Assembly (NCBI GenBank): GCA_030265395.1
Contig: JARFYF010000017.1
Coordinates: forward strand, 27,135,882 to 27,199,846
DNA: 63,965 nucleotides
DNA from: Rhina ancylostomus
Lineage: Eukaryota
Direction: 5' to 3'
In this document: in pieces, positions 24,526 through 37,568 of the stretch
Position numbering within the stretch: position 1 is the stretch's first letter
How the letters are laid out: every line of letters starts with the position of its first letter
The notes under the pieces: model-generated
Databases searched by the model: none
Seen by the model: the letters and a program-made list of their open reading frames with translations, nothing else
Told to the model about the DNA's origin: nothing
Made by a program: the position numbers and the translations under genes

Positions 24526-26639
24526 AATTGTTACTGCTTTAAACACTAAACACAGCAGCTTAAAAATCTGTGTGGAAAGAAGCCTTTCCAACTGTCTATA
24601 TTTGTTTGTCCTCGATTATGAGGCCGATTCTGTTCTTCAATATCAACACATTCGCTACCGAAATGGGTGCTGCTGAACAAGTTGAAGTGGAAATCTGAAC
24701 AGCCTGCCTTCTGCCCATCTTCCCTCTTCACACCTCCAGCTCAACATACTTCCCTTCATCCCTCTCTTAAAACAAGGGCTTGAATTGCAGTCCAAGCAGA
24801 TTTTGATAAATGAGTATCAATGCTGGGACTTTGATTGTTCTATATATTGCTTGGGTTGAGTGGTAAACATTTTGGAGCTAAAGAAGTAGGTAAAATACAC
24901 AATCAGTAATATTGATTATCTAAATAAAAAATCACTTACTACTTTGCTATCTGTAGGATTCCAGATTTTTATTTGTATTGCTACCACATGGAATGCCCTG
25001 TTGTCACTAACTCAAAGTCATAATTCTCAACCAAAAAATCCCAGTGCAAATGTTGTCTCACATATTTCTGCCATTTTACATGTTCATTGATCCATTCATC
25101 TCTTCTACCTTCAGAGCAAGTTGCTTGTTTCTGCACTACCACTGCATGTTGTGTTCATAAATTTTACTCATGGTTATTTGATCATAAGTTTAACCCCACT
25201 TGTGTTCAATCAAGCCACATATTTTAACAGATACTTGATTCCGAACACAGGTAAAAAGGAACACATCAGATAACAATGGGTTTTCTTGCATAGTTTGCAT
25301 TCCTTCAGGTAGTACACATAAGCATCAATGTCAAAAAAAGGAGTTTTAAAGTGAATACAGTTTTGTTACTCTGTTAACAGCATTATAAACCATACAACCT
25401 GCAGTGTCCACATTAGGAAAAATAAAACAGTAAGATGATTCATATTAATAGAGGTGAAGTGAAGAAATTATTTGCTGTATTCACTGGACTTTTCACCTAA
25501 TAATGACAAAATCAACACTGTCAAATTTGGCAATGCTTCCAATAGTTCTGCAGTTTGCACACAATGTAGATGAAATCACTGCTGTGGTGTCACAGCTGTG
25601 TGTAATACTCCCTTTCCCAGCCTCTTAGACTTTTCCTAGATTTAATATATTTACTACATATATTTTTAAATGCTGTTAATAGTGCTTCTGAAAGGTAATC
25701 ATGCAACAGTATACAACCTTCTGAACTGTTTAAATACCACACACAGATGGGGAGGGGGAATAATTGTTCTTGTTCATGATGGGCCAGATCATATGACCTA
25801 CCATTCAACAGTTACTGCTAGAATTGACCTGCTTTTTGGGTTGGAAGATGGGCACAGAAGTAGAGGGGCATGCTGATTATCAGCCCTCTACCTTCCCACC
25901 GTATCCTGTACTGTTAAAGGGAATTGCTAGCTGCATCATTGAGCCCCCTTGAAGCTTGGATTCTCCAAACATTTGAACCAGTGGACAACCTGTGCCACCA
26001 GTGAGCTAGGCAACAATGGGATCCTTTGATCCACCTGGAGCACAAAATGCAGGAGCTCTCAGGCTGAGTGAGAAACTGGGAGAGGACAGTCTGTGCCCTC
26101 AGTCTGAGAATTGAGAATGGGGCTGTGAAAGGGGGGGGGGAGTGAGGTAGTTTGTGCTAAGAGACCACTAGACTTTCAGGTAGCTGCTTCCTAACCACTA
26201 AAAGAGATTGGATTTTATTTTGAGTGCCTTCCACAATTGCTGGGGCTGAAGTTTGAATATTTTCATGTTTTATATTCCTGCTCCCCCTTCCTTGCCATAC
26301 TATCAATAACCCAAAACAATTCCAAGGCTGTCCCTTGTACCATTCCTCTTACTGGGGATGTTTCACTGAGCAGGGGCTGACTGACGTGGCTAAGTGCCTC
26401 ATATCCATTCCCATCCTAAAGCAAGACACAGCTGAGAAACACCACCAAAGGGTTCCACAATGATCACCTGCGAAGTGATAGAAATTGTGTTATCAGTTAT
26501 GTTGTCTTCAACATGGGCTAATAATATCTACTTGCTGCAGGAACTCCAGGAGGAATCTGGCAACATCAGGAAGAGTTTGTCCAGCATAAAGTAAAAAAAA
26601 AGCCAGTGAGTGGCTGGTCAGGACATCTGGCCCAAGGAG

Positions 26640-27146
26640 NNNNNNNNNNNNNNNNNNNNNNNNNNNNNNNNNNNNNNNNNNNNNNNNNNNNNNNNNNNNN
26701 NNNNNNNNNNNNNNNNNNNNNNNNNNNNNNNNNNNNNNNNNNNNNNNNNNNNNNNNNNNNNNNNNNNNNNNNNNNNNNNNNNNNNNNNNNNNNNNNNNNN
26801 NNNNNNNNNNNNNNNNNNNNNNNNNNNNNNNNNNNNNNNNNNNNNNNNNNNNNNNNNNNNNNNNNNNNNNNNNNNNNNNNNNNNNNNNNNNNNNNNNNNN
26901 NNNNNNNNNNNNNNNNNNNNNNNNNNNNNNNNNNNNNNNNNNNNNNNNNNNNNNNNNNNNNNNNNNNNNNNNNNNNNNNNNNNNNNNNNNNNNNNNNNNN
27001 NNNNNNNNNNNNNNNNNNNNNNNNNNNNNNNNNNNNNNNNNNNNNNNNNNNNNNNNNNNNNNNNNNNNNNNNNNNNNNNNNNNNNNNNNNNNNNNNNNNN
27101 NNNNNNNNNNNNNNNNNNNNNNNNNNNNNNNNNNNNNNNNNNNNNN
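26640..27146. other. Assembly gap
   Basis: Run of N. Confidence 1.
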
Positions 27147-29067
27147 CCGTTTGATCATGGAAACAGTATTATGCTGCACAGTTTGTTCATTTGCTTTGCT
27201 ATAGTTTTCTTTCAGTTAGCATTTCATAAAATGACTTACAAGTAATAAGTTGCAAATTGGACCACAACCCAGGAACTAGCCGGCATATTTCATGGGTATT
27301 TGAACAACAGCATTAAGTACTGTAGGCATCTGTGGAATGTGCAGTCTGGATTTTATTTTCTTTAAAAAACAATTTCTTTGTCAAGATTTTTATTTAAACT
27401 GGTGTTATATTCATTCAAGCAGGAAAACACTTCATGCAGATAGTGTGCTAGTTTAAGGAGGAACTAAACAAAAGTGATGAATTCCACTCATTTATTGTGT
27501 TATTCTGTCATTATCTCCTTTTCCTTTGTGCAATGTTTTCTTCATTTTGTGATCAGAGTAATGGCCTAATTAGGTCTCCTGGGTTGCCATGACATTTTTT
27601 TTTTGGCTAAATATTCTCAGTGAACTACTGTCAATGAGAACTTGTACCTCTATATATCACCATCAGTGGAGCCACTAATGGCAGTTTTCTCACCAATATC
27701 ACCTGGATCGGAAGGATGTTGGTATGACAGAAAATCCAGTTATAGTTTCAGACTCTAACCAAAATTCTGAATGGGCAAGGAGAAGTTACTGATCAAAGAC
27801 CTAATGAGAGGAGTAGAGACCGGATTACCATAAGAGGGAGCAAGAAGAGAAAATTTGCAGGGCTTGTTACATCAGGGAAAGCAGCAGCCCTCGCTCATCA
27901 ATTATGGGGAATGCGAATGGTGAAGATGGAGAATTCCATAGCACAATTGTTCCAGACCCCACCAACTTCCCTGTCCATTATCCTCACCCGCGCCAACCAA
28001 ACCTCATCCAAGCACCTAAACACACAACAAAAGTTTCAGAATAACATGTGGAAAAACATTTTAATGAACCTGTTCTTTGGTGACAGTGTGTAGCAGGTGA
28101 ATTAGCAACTTTATTTACACTGCACCCATTTTCTTCCACAGTGAAATGAACCAATAAGGTCAAGAGTGGTAATAATGTGGGTTCCCTCTACCTAAAGCCC
28201 ACTGTGCATATTGGCAGAAGACCGACTTCACCCCCACTGTCTTTAATTTTACAGTGCTCTGCCAGAACCTTTGATATAAGGCATTGAAAGGATTAATAAA
28301 ATGTTCCTATATTATGGTCTGCCACAAACATAAACCTTTACTTTCATGATGGCACAGTACATATTTAGATAAGGAAAATCAGCATAAAAGTCACAAGAGT
28401 AGCTGTCCTCTGAACACAATGTTCAGCCCCACCAGGGTACCTGTTTTGATTTCTGTATTTCCAGTGACATATTCACATAAACAAACACATACTTCTTATT
28501 TGGTACTCTCTGATTAAGGTAAGTACTTTGACTCAAAAGAAAACCTTCAGCTTAAGTTGCCATACTTTTTCACTGATGTCTGAATAGATATTTGACCAAA
28601 GAAAATATACATACAATCCATATTATGAATTCTACATGCTGCCTGCTCTAAATATACAAGAATCCAATGTCTTTGAAACCAAGTAGAAATCTGAACATTT
28701 ATTATACTCAAGAGAAATACATGCACAATTTTTTTGAAGAAATTCAGCTCCTTAGCCTTGTGAGATAATTAGCAAGTGGGAAAGGAAATGGGCTAAGAAG
28801 GAAACAAGATAATCAAGGTAGACTGTTCTCTTGCACGGTGGACTAAGCTATGTGAAGTGTTAAAATAATTTAGAAATCTCTGTGTGCATTGACAAGTGCC
28901 AGAAGCCAAAAGATAATGATGTTACTTGAAAAGCATTAAGGTTTAGACTTTTGATAAACATTTAGTCACAACTCTCCAGTTTCAACTATACTGGAACATT
29001 ATCCCATCTTAGCAATTATAGAATGTTTAAATGTAATGTGGGAATCATAACAGGAAAAGCATGCTTA

Positions 29068-29076
29068 TGTTACCTG
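29068..29076 (-). other. ZNF536: 5' splice donor closing the ZNF536 exon (phase 1)
   Basis: The minus strand reads CAG|GTAACA after codons ...PSSPSS. The read-through GNISMLFLL* is not ZNF536-like. Confidence 0.85.
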
Positions 29077-31243
29077 AAGACGGAGATGATGGGTTTGGGC
29101 TATCTTCCTGTGTGCTTCCTGTCACAGAGTAGCCACCTGCTGTCATGTTATCCTCTGTTACATTGGCTGATCCAGGTGTGGTTGACCTGCTCACAGACTG
29201 GGAATCTTGATCACTTCCAGATCCACGCCGTTCATCTAAAACACCCTGGACTCCTTCATCTCCAGGCTTCCTTCCCTTCTTATGCACTCTGGAATGGACA
29301 ACAACTTGATGATAGGTCCGAAACACTCGGCCACAGTCTGGGCATTCAGTGGGCTTTTCTTTCATAGTTCCATGATTTTGTCCTAATCCAGCAATTTTAT
29401 ATTCCAGACCTTGATTCATTCCTTGTGCCATGAATTCCCTGCTTCCCATTAGATCATCTTTACCAGAAATGTCATTAATGTTGGTTCTTTTAGGGCTTTG
29501 AATCAGGTCCCCATCTAGTTTCTGTTTTGATTTATCTCCAGCTGCAAAGACAAATTCTCCTTTGTCCTTGTCAACACTGGCACCTGCACTGGGCAGATTG
29601 TCTTCCTGACCAGGGTGCAGGTGCTTCTTAGGCAGAGCAGCCTGCTCCATTACCATTCCTCTTGTCACCAGCTGCCAGGCCTGGTAGCTGTTTACAGGAT
29701 CAAACTCGGCCACACGGGCTACTGCCTGCAAACGCTCCATGCAGCTGGCCTTTAAAGGAGGAGCCAGGGTCAAACATCCCAGTAAGGAGCGCTTGTCTCC
29801 TTCCACTATACTGCGGGCGGCACTGCTCACAGGTACTAATAGTTTTCCAAGCATTTCCTTTTCCTTCCTAGCGATTTCTGCTTTATTATAATGAAGTTGG
29901 CTTTGTTCATTCAAGCTCAATTTATCAGGTGATAAAAAACCACTCTGTAAACAAGATACATATGCTGAATACACATTTGAGTGGGAATCTTGCACCATAT
30001 TGTTTAGACTCTCGGGTACCTCCGGATCACTCTGAGAGGTATTCTTTACGGCCAGTTTGTTGAGGTGGACCTTCATGTGGTTTTTGAGAAACCAGGGCTC
30101 CTTGAATCGCCGTCCACAGATCTGACAGCTATGTTCAAAAGAATCCTTGTGCTTTCGCATGTGACCTTTCAGGAACCAAGCCTGGCTAAAGACTTGGCCA
30201 CAGACTTCACAGCGAAATTCATTACTGGATTGCTCTCCATTTCCACTTGGTCCCTGACCTGGCACTGACTCAGCGGTTATGTGTGCTTTCTCCACATGAC
30301 TGATCAAGTCTTCCTCCTGAGAGGCAGCAAATTCACAAAGAGTGCACTTGTAAGGTTTGTGGAGTATTCGAATATGACGGTCCAGCTCCTCGCGTTTCTT
30401 AAACTTCCCCTTGCAAAAGGTGCATCTAAATCCCACAGTAGCAGCTGCTGGTTCTTCCTGTGTGCCCGTGGGCTTGGGGCTGCAGATCGTATTAGAGGCA
30501 TCAGAGCTACTCTGGCTGGCTGGTAAAGGCAAGCTGCTGGAGCTAACGACAGCCTGGTGTTGCTTCCCATCAGCCCTTGGCAGGCCAAGACCACCTTTCA
30601 TCTGTTTATCCCTCAGGATGGCCCTCTCTTCCAGCTCATGCAGAAGCCTGTTTTCTTCTCTGACCCGCCCACGACCTTTCCCAAGATTCCCAAGTTTGTG
30701 AGTGCGGAGATGAATCTTCAAGTTACCTTTCTGAGCTGCCCTGTGATCACAGTAAGGACATTTGAATGGTTTCTCCCCAGTGTGAGTGCGCATGTGGAGA
30801 GACAAAATGCTGTTAAACCGAAAGCGCTTCCCACAAATGGGGCAAGGGTACTTCCTGGATTTTTTTGCATCATCTTCTGTGCCATTCATCTGTGAAATTA
30901 TCCCAAGGTTCTGTCCATTTAAGAAGTGCTGTAAGTCAACTCTCCCATTCATACCTAAATTAGTGTCAATATCTGTATTCAGCTGATTTGCCAGCAGGGT
31001 CATTTGATTGCTGATTGGCTGGTTAGCCACTGTTGGGTGACGTTTTTCCTCCAGTCCAATCGCTGCTTTCTCCTCAGGGTTTTGTCTGCTCTGGAGTTCT
31101 GGAAAGGCATGTCCCAGTTGTGCTGTCAACTGATGCAACTTCTGGGTTATTGGATACTGGCCATTTAGTACTGGTTTGCTGAGCTGGACATCAGCTTCAG
31201 GCACTGCTGAAGATACACCAAGGCACAAACTTGCTTCCTCCAT
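29074..31243 (-). CDS. ZNF536: Zinc finger protein 536, first coding exon (partial CDS: 723 codons + 1 nt, 7 C2H2 fingers)
   Basis: Starts MEEASLCLGVSSA and contains NGRVDLQHFLNGQNLGI, KYPCPICGKRFRFNSILSLHMRTHTGEKPFKCPYCDHRAAQKGNLKIHLRTH and GRGRVREENRLLHELEERAILRDKQ, which I recognise as ZNF536. Fingers lie at about 30850-30782, 30766-30698, 30430-30359, 30352-30281, 30217-30149, 30133-30065 and 29350-29282. The frame is intact. Confidence 0.96.
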
Positions 31244-31265
31244 TCCTAATATAGAAAACAAAAGG
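31244..31265 (-). other. ZNF536: 3' splice acceptor, 2 nt upstream of the ZNF536 ATG
   Basis: The minus strand reads ccttttgttttctatattAG|gaATG: a polypyrimidine tract, AG at 31247-31246, and exon start at 31245. Confidence 0.85.
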
Positions 31266-33383
31266 ATTCTGTTAAATCTGTAGAGCATTTTTACAAAGCA
31301 AAGAAACATTTTTACTTTGCAAAATTTAAAGATAATTTCATTACACAGTAACAACACCACTACGGATCTAATACTCCACTGGCTTCATAGCTCCATTTCT
31401 TGACCATGGCAATAAACTGGTTTTATACTAATTTCACAAAACACTGATAAAACAGCCTGGCCTTAGTTTCCAAATGGCAAATATAACATTCACAGTTTTG
31501 TCTACACCACAGAAAAGAGAAGTTTAACAGTTCATTGTTTCCTTATTTTTCTGTTGATTGTTAGCATTTGCAATTCTGAATAAAAAAGCCACACTGAATG
31601 CTTGTGTTAATTTCATCTATTTTTTAAATGTTTATGCTTAGTTAAAATTATTTGAAACTTTTATCTATGTGTATACCTATGTGTTAAGATTATGACCTCT
31701 GTCAGAAACATGCCATAAATGAATGAATTGTTAGTATCCTTCGAGATAACTAAAATTTTCAGTAATAAACTGAGGCTTCTGCTAAAAAAGAAACTGAAGG
31801 CAGTTTGTTTTGGTTAATTGAAGCAATACCTTTTAAAGCTGATTATTTTTACTGCTTTGGAAGTGTATTGGCTGCAGTAACACATGATTACAACTAAGCT
31901 TCAAAAAGATATCGTAAATATAAGAAGCTCAAAGATCTAGGCTAAGCTCACTAATGTTTAATAATGCACAAATATTTTACATTATATGTTAACACATGTC
32001 TTTTAAGATTTCAATGGACATTGGCAAAATAATTGGAACAGCCAGTCTTCCTTCTTAAAGGAGATACCATCATTTAGAACTCAGAAACTAAGTCAGTAAT
32101 ATATGAAAGGATACAACTGCAACACAGTGGGCTTAAACAATATTGTGCATCTTATCCTTCTGCTCTTTTATTATAGTCAGCCAGACCACATTTGGTTAAA
32201 GTATTTCCTCAAGCACCACTTTGGCAGTAATGTCAAAATTCCTCAACAGTGTGGGATAGGATCAAATCCTTATACATCTATGCTCTAAAAAGCTTGCTCC
32301 ACTTATTATTTAAAAAAGATATAAAGAACATATTAAAAACTACAAATATTACTTTTGTACCAGACATCTGATATTAAGATAAACATCTGTTCAGGGTCAC
32401 CAAACAGCTGACAACATTTGAACAAAAATAGACCAAGGATTTAAGTTTGTACATTAGCCTAGAGGGTTGGGACACTGAACAAGGACATGGATCATTCGAT
32501 GTTTAAAAAAAACATTGGACCACAAATATGCAGCATCACTATGAAGTTTATTGTGTCACATAATATATAGCACGAAATAAAGTTCAGAGTGTTATGATTT
32601 AATTGGTCATGGTCTGTGCAAGAAGGAATGCTGAAGTTAAACTAGCAAATCCTAGTTAGAAATCAAAAACAAGGAACTGAAATGCCAAGTTTAATACAAT
32701 TCTGTTTTTGCATTANNNNNNNNNNNNNNNNNNNNNNNNNNNNNNNNNNNNNNNNNNNNNNNNNNNNNNNNNNNNNNNNNNNNNNNNNNNNNNNNNNNNN
32801 NNNNNNNNNNNNNNNCATTAATCCAGTTATTCCTGATAGTTAATGACTTCAGCTCAAATTGTACATGGTGGAACACACTATTCTGAGGATTTCATTCTAC
32901 TTCCATATAAAAGTAAATGCTGCCTGATATTTTATTGAAAATCTGCTCTTTTCAACACCTTTTAGCCCTCTTCCTCTATGCAGATGGGAAGATGGACATA
33001 TGGGCTGCAAGCACTAGCACAGCTCTGTCATTTTGCCAGCATGATGGAAAGGTACTAAGATATGATGAGCAGTGCCAGTTTTCTCACTTAGTGGCCTGGC
33101 TAAGAAATGATGAAACTTGCCACATATGCTGGTTAGTGGTTTGAGTGTCAGCAACAATTGGACCATGAACCAAGGTGAGCAACAGTCAACTGAAAGCTTT
33201 TAGTTAAATCTCTAGTATACATTTTCACTAATCACAAGGTCAAATTCAATCAATTGAAATAAATTTCTTTGGAATTATTTTATTATTTGGAATTTTCAGG
33301 GCAAAGGAGCAAAATTTAGATAATTTAAATTTAGATTTAGTCAAAATTTAGATAATTGTAAATATATGACGAAGTTCACTAAA

Positions 33384-33672
33384 AGACCATAAGACCCAGG
33401 AGCAGAATTAGGCCATTCGGCCCATTGAGTCTGCTCCACCATTCCATCATGGCTGATTTATTTTTCCCTCTCAACTCCATTCTCCTGCCTTCTCCCCATA
33501 TCCTTTGATGCCCTTTCTAATCAAGAACCTGTCAACCTCCACTTNNNNNNNNNNAATGACTTGGCCTCTACAGATGTCTGTGGCAAAGAACTCCACAGAT
33601 TCACCAACCTCTGGCTAAAGAAATTCCTCTTGATTTCTGTTCTAATAGAATGTCCCTCTATTCTGAGGCTGA
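33384..33672 (-). mobile_element. CR1 LINE 3' end
   Basis: Tail accataagacccaggagcagaattaggccattcggccc...ccattccatcatggctgat, followed by the ORF2 C-terminal segment (VVNLWSSLPQTSVEA on the minus strand). Confidence 0.85.
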
Positions 33673-34369
33673 GGATGCAGCCATGTTTAGTTGCATCTCA
33701 TTTGGTTTGAGGGACATTGAGTAATCTTCTGAAACACAAGCATCCAATTTTTATGATCAGGATAGTTTTACATTAAAAAGAGAAGAGTTCTCAGGAAACA
33801 TGTATAAGTGGACTCTGAATGAATCAGGGTAATTTAAGATGTACACCATAAAACTTGTTCAGATCCTGGCAATAAAGATTGATTATATATTGTTTTCATT
33901 AAAATGTTATCAGCTATGAATTTGTAATGAGAGATTAAAATAATAAGTTACAATTAAATCCCGGAATATGACAGTTAACCCCTTGAGAACTGAAATACTT
34001 TTTAAGTTTATTTTTTCCCTGAGGAATTATCAAGGCTGTTTGTAAATCAATTTTTGCCCCTTTTGCCCCCATTTCTGAAAGCATCAATGCCGAGAAATCA
34101 ATTGCATAATGACATCTTTCTCAGCATCCCCATACTTTTACCAAGTGCTGCAGATGCAAGCTACCCTCGCACTTCAGTTTCTGTGTTGGTATATGGGATG
34201 ACATCTTTTCCTATGCATCACTGCCTTTGGAGAACTGTGGAGGAATTTGGACAATGCTGTCCTGGGACTGATTATAGTAGGTAACTCTTGGAACAACCTG
34301 TTCTTCTTAATCATTGCCTGTTAACTTAGTGAAGTACTTACTTTGATGTTTGTGCTCAACATCCACCTT

Positions 34370-34850
34370 GCACTGACACCCTCACTAACCCACCCCTCCA
34401 TCTCCAACCCAATGCCCCACCTTTCAATCACCAGAGCACAAGCCTAACCCCACCCCCATCTGCCACCCTTAACCCTCCACCCCAAAGGAATTGCCTGTGC
34501 TGAGTCCACCCTCGCCAACATTTCCTCTGACCCATCCCCAGACAGGCGCCACCCCCCCCCCGTTTNNNNNNNNNNNNNNNNNNNNNNNNNNNNNNNNNNN
34601 NNNNNNNNNNNNNNNNNNNNNNNNNNNNNNNNNNNNNNNNNNNNNNNNNNNNNNNNNNNNNNNNNTGACCCATCCCCAGACAGGCTCCACACCCACCCCT
34701 TTTTCCAACCCCACCTTTGAAAATGGAGAGCTCGGATGCCCCCACCTCCCCCCCCCCCACAAAACCACTTCCACATCCATCCTGCATTCCTCTAATCCTC
34801 CCACCATGGCCACCAACTCCCCTCCTCCAGTCCCCACATCCTCAAATCCC
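34370..34850. repeat. C-rich low-complexity tract with an internal gap
   Basis: Many CCC to C10 runs. TGACCCATCCCCAGACAGGC occurs on both sides of the 100-N gap (34528-34547 and 34666-34685). Confidence 0.7.
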
Positions 34851-37317
34851 AGCTTCCTAAAGAAATACTAGAACAGCATCTTCTCAGGGCAGCAGTAAGG
34901 GCCAATGACTGAGTGGTCCAAAATAGCCCTTAGAATTTCTCAACCCATGGTTGTACTGGTTCTACAGATGGTAATTACCCTTTGTACTTCTTCCAAGTGA
35001 TTGTGATTAGTCTGAAACTTACAAGTATATGGCAGCAAGTCTTTCAATCTGGCAGGAAGAATAGGGGCCAGGGATCAGGCTGGCTGATATTATAAACCAG
35101 CCCATTCATTCACACATTCATACTTCAAGCAGGGCTGACCATCAAGAAAGGAAATCCTACCTGTATTTGCCCTCTCGTGCCTGAGGGCTTCTTCCTATGA
35201 CTATTTGAGTACTCTGCTACTCCTCAAATTTACCATACAACAAGAATTGAACACAGAACTTCTACAGTTTGGAAAAGTCCTATTGAATGGAAAACAATTT
35301 TCCCTGTTGCTGGGAAAAATCCCTCAAAAATATTATTTTGAACAATATTCTTTGAAATTATAATGTGGAATTACATTTTGTGTAGCAATGGAAAATTTAC
35401 AAAAAACAATAAATCCTGTACTGATTCGTTACATTTTTTTTGCACAAGTCTGTTTAGATAGTGGAAAATTATTGACATAAAACATCTTTTCTGAAGACTT
35501 GATTTTAAGTCTTGGTTGTTGTTCCTTGTTCTAACCCAAGTGACCCCAGTAGTCTAGATTGGTGGATCTGTAGCCAAACCACTGGATGGAGCTCCCTGTG
35601 ATGGCAAAGATGACTCCCTGTGAGCGTAATCAAACCTTCTCTTGTAATAAAAATCTCTTTCAGTTTAGACAGAGGTACATTGTCTGTGTCCATGGAAACG
35701 TTTAAAGTGCAAACTCTCCAAACTTCTTGGCTGCCGGAAGTCGTTATGGTGATGAGGACACAAAACTGAATAAAAATAGTGATAAAAATTGTAGTTTCAG
35801 TTTGATGAAAAGTTTGAATATTTTGTTCTTTTCAGATAAGTGAATAGCGGTAAATGCAATTTTCATTATGTATATCAATGTGCAATTATATAGTTCTGTG
35901 TATAAAATGGTCACATCACTTTATTTTACAGCTCAAAAATTATAATTTTCTCAGGAAAAAGCTGTAATTTTAATGAACACATGTTATCAAAAACTCATGA
36001 AATGCCACTTTGGAGGTTAAGTGGCAACCTGTGTCAGCACACAGATCATCACCCATTATTCCTTTGTTAGCAGCAGGGCTAAGGAAATGGACAAATTAAT
36101 CAAACCCAGTCTCTTGCCATTAAAAAGTGAAGAAAAAAATTAAATATTATTTTCTTCCTCCCATTTTTTCTTTATTTTCTAAATTTTATGAGATATTGGT
36201 TATTGCTGCCCTGTCTTTTTTTTCTAATTCTTCTTTACAGTAACAAGAATTGACAAGGGGCTCCCCTGTCACAGCAAAACCCAGAGCTACCCTTGACCAA
36301 AACCCACATTTTGGCATCTTTCAGCTGATGTTCATGAGTAGCACTCAGAGAACAGAATGGTGATTCTGCTTCTGTTTTCCGATGCTCAATGTGCTGAATT
36401 GGGCCTGACTGATGTGTAGTGGACACAAACCACACTTTGCACTTCCTTAGACCGTTAGTCACCAGAATGCCAAATGATTCCTTTACCCACAGGGAGGATT
36501 CTAAATTCCAACTTTTTACTTACAAATGTTTCTTTAAATATTTAAATGTTATTCATTAATTATTAGTTAACTAATACCACAAATGTAGCAGATTATAAAT
36601 ATGGCATAAAATAAAAGCAGCTAATTAGAAAACTCACACTATGTTAACTGATGTGAAAGCCATTAACATTCATAGTTTAAATGAGAAAGTCCACTTAGTT
36701 CAATTAAAAGACTGAAATTCGCGCAATTACGGGGAACAAAACGTGTAATTTTAGCATTATAGAAGCATATCTAGAAATAAAAGAACATGTAAATTCTAAA
36801 ATGTAAATATTAGAACTTTCTATATGGATTTAATTGAACTCCTATCTTTTTCCCTGTCCATGAAAGGATCCGCTATAGTGGAGCTTTGTCGATATACTTT
36901 TATCCTATTCAGACTTGTGCAAAGTCCATTTATGTGTACTTTAAAAAAAGTCTAGTATGTTCACTTCAATTGCATTTTCAAGGCATTAATACAAATCTAT
37001 GCAAATTGTGGGGAAATTAAAATTAATGTGTAGTCATAGAAAAAAGCTTCACTTAAGTGTAAATCAGATATTAATGAAAAGTTTTGATGAGAATATGGCA
37101 TCAGGTTTGCTTTCTTGTTCTTTTTGTTGGCCCTGTTTATTAAAGCCAAACTCCCATTTTAAAACAAACTGAACAGGTGCAGACCCCAAACCAGTTGCTT
37201 ATGCTCAGAGATTTACACCTTCTTACTACCGGAACTTTGCTCTCACACATTATCATCCCAGGGCAGCAGCAGAAGTTATGTATATGAGAAGTGTCAATTG
37301 TTTGAGAAGATGAGAGC

Positions 37318-37568
37318 ATGAAAACATAATAGGAGCAGGCAATGGCCATTCAGCCCTTCATGCCTTCTCTGCTAAGATTGTGACTGGTCTTCAACCTTAA
37401 TTCCACTTTTCCACATTATTCCTTATCCCCTGATTTCATTGGTATCAAATTCTATTTTGAATAAATTTAGTGGCAAGAGTTCATAGCTCTTTGGAATGCA
37501 GAATTCAAAAAAAAAAATCACAGCCCTTTGAGTGAAAAAATTCCTCCTCGTTTCAGTCCAAAATGACC
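37318..37568 (-). mobile_element. CR1 LINE 3' end, decayed
   Basis: aataggagcaggcaatggccattcagccctt...gagtgaaaaaattcctcctcgtttcagtcc is homologous to 33384-33672. Confidence 0.75.

Noticed and set aside
29045-29073. ORF C-terminus GNISMLFLL* as the true protein end
   Set aside because: This is read-through past the CAG|GTAACA donor into intron.
29023-30986. Several plus-strand and alternative-frame ORFs overlapping the ZNF536 exon
   Set aside because: They are shadow ORFs of a higher-GC coding exon with no recognisable domains.
31244-31360. 39-aa N-terminal extension of the 771-aa ORF
   Set aside because: It begins at a non-ATG codon and crosses a polypyrimidine tract and AG acceptor. ZNF536 similarity begins at MEEASL (31243).
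33310-33357. Direct repeat CAAAATTTAGATAATT x2 (similar 13-bp pair at ~11655-11686)
   Set aside because: Local slippage duplications with only two units, so not an array or CRISPR.
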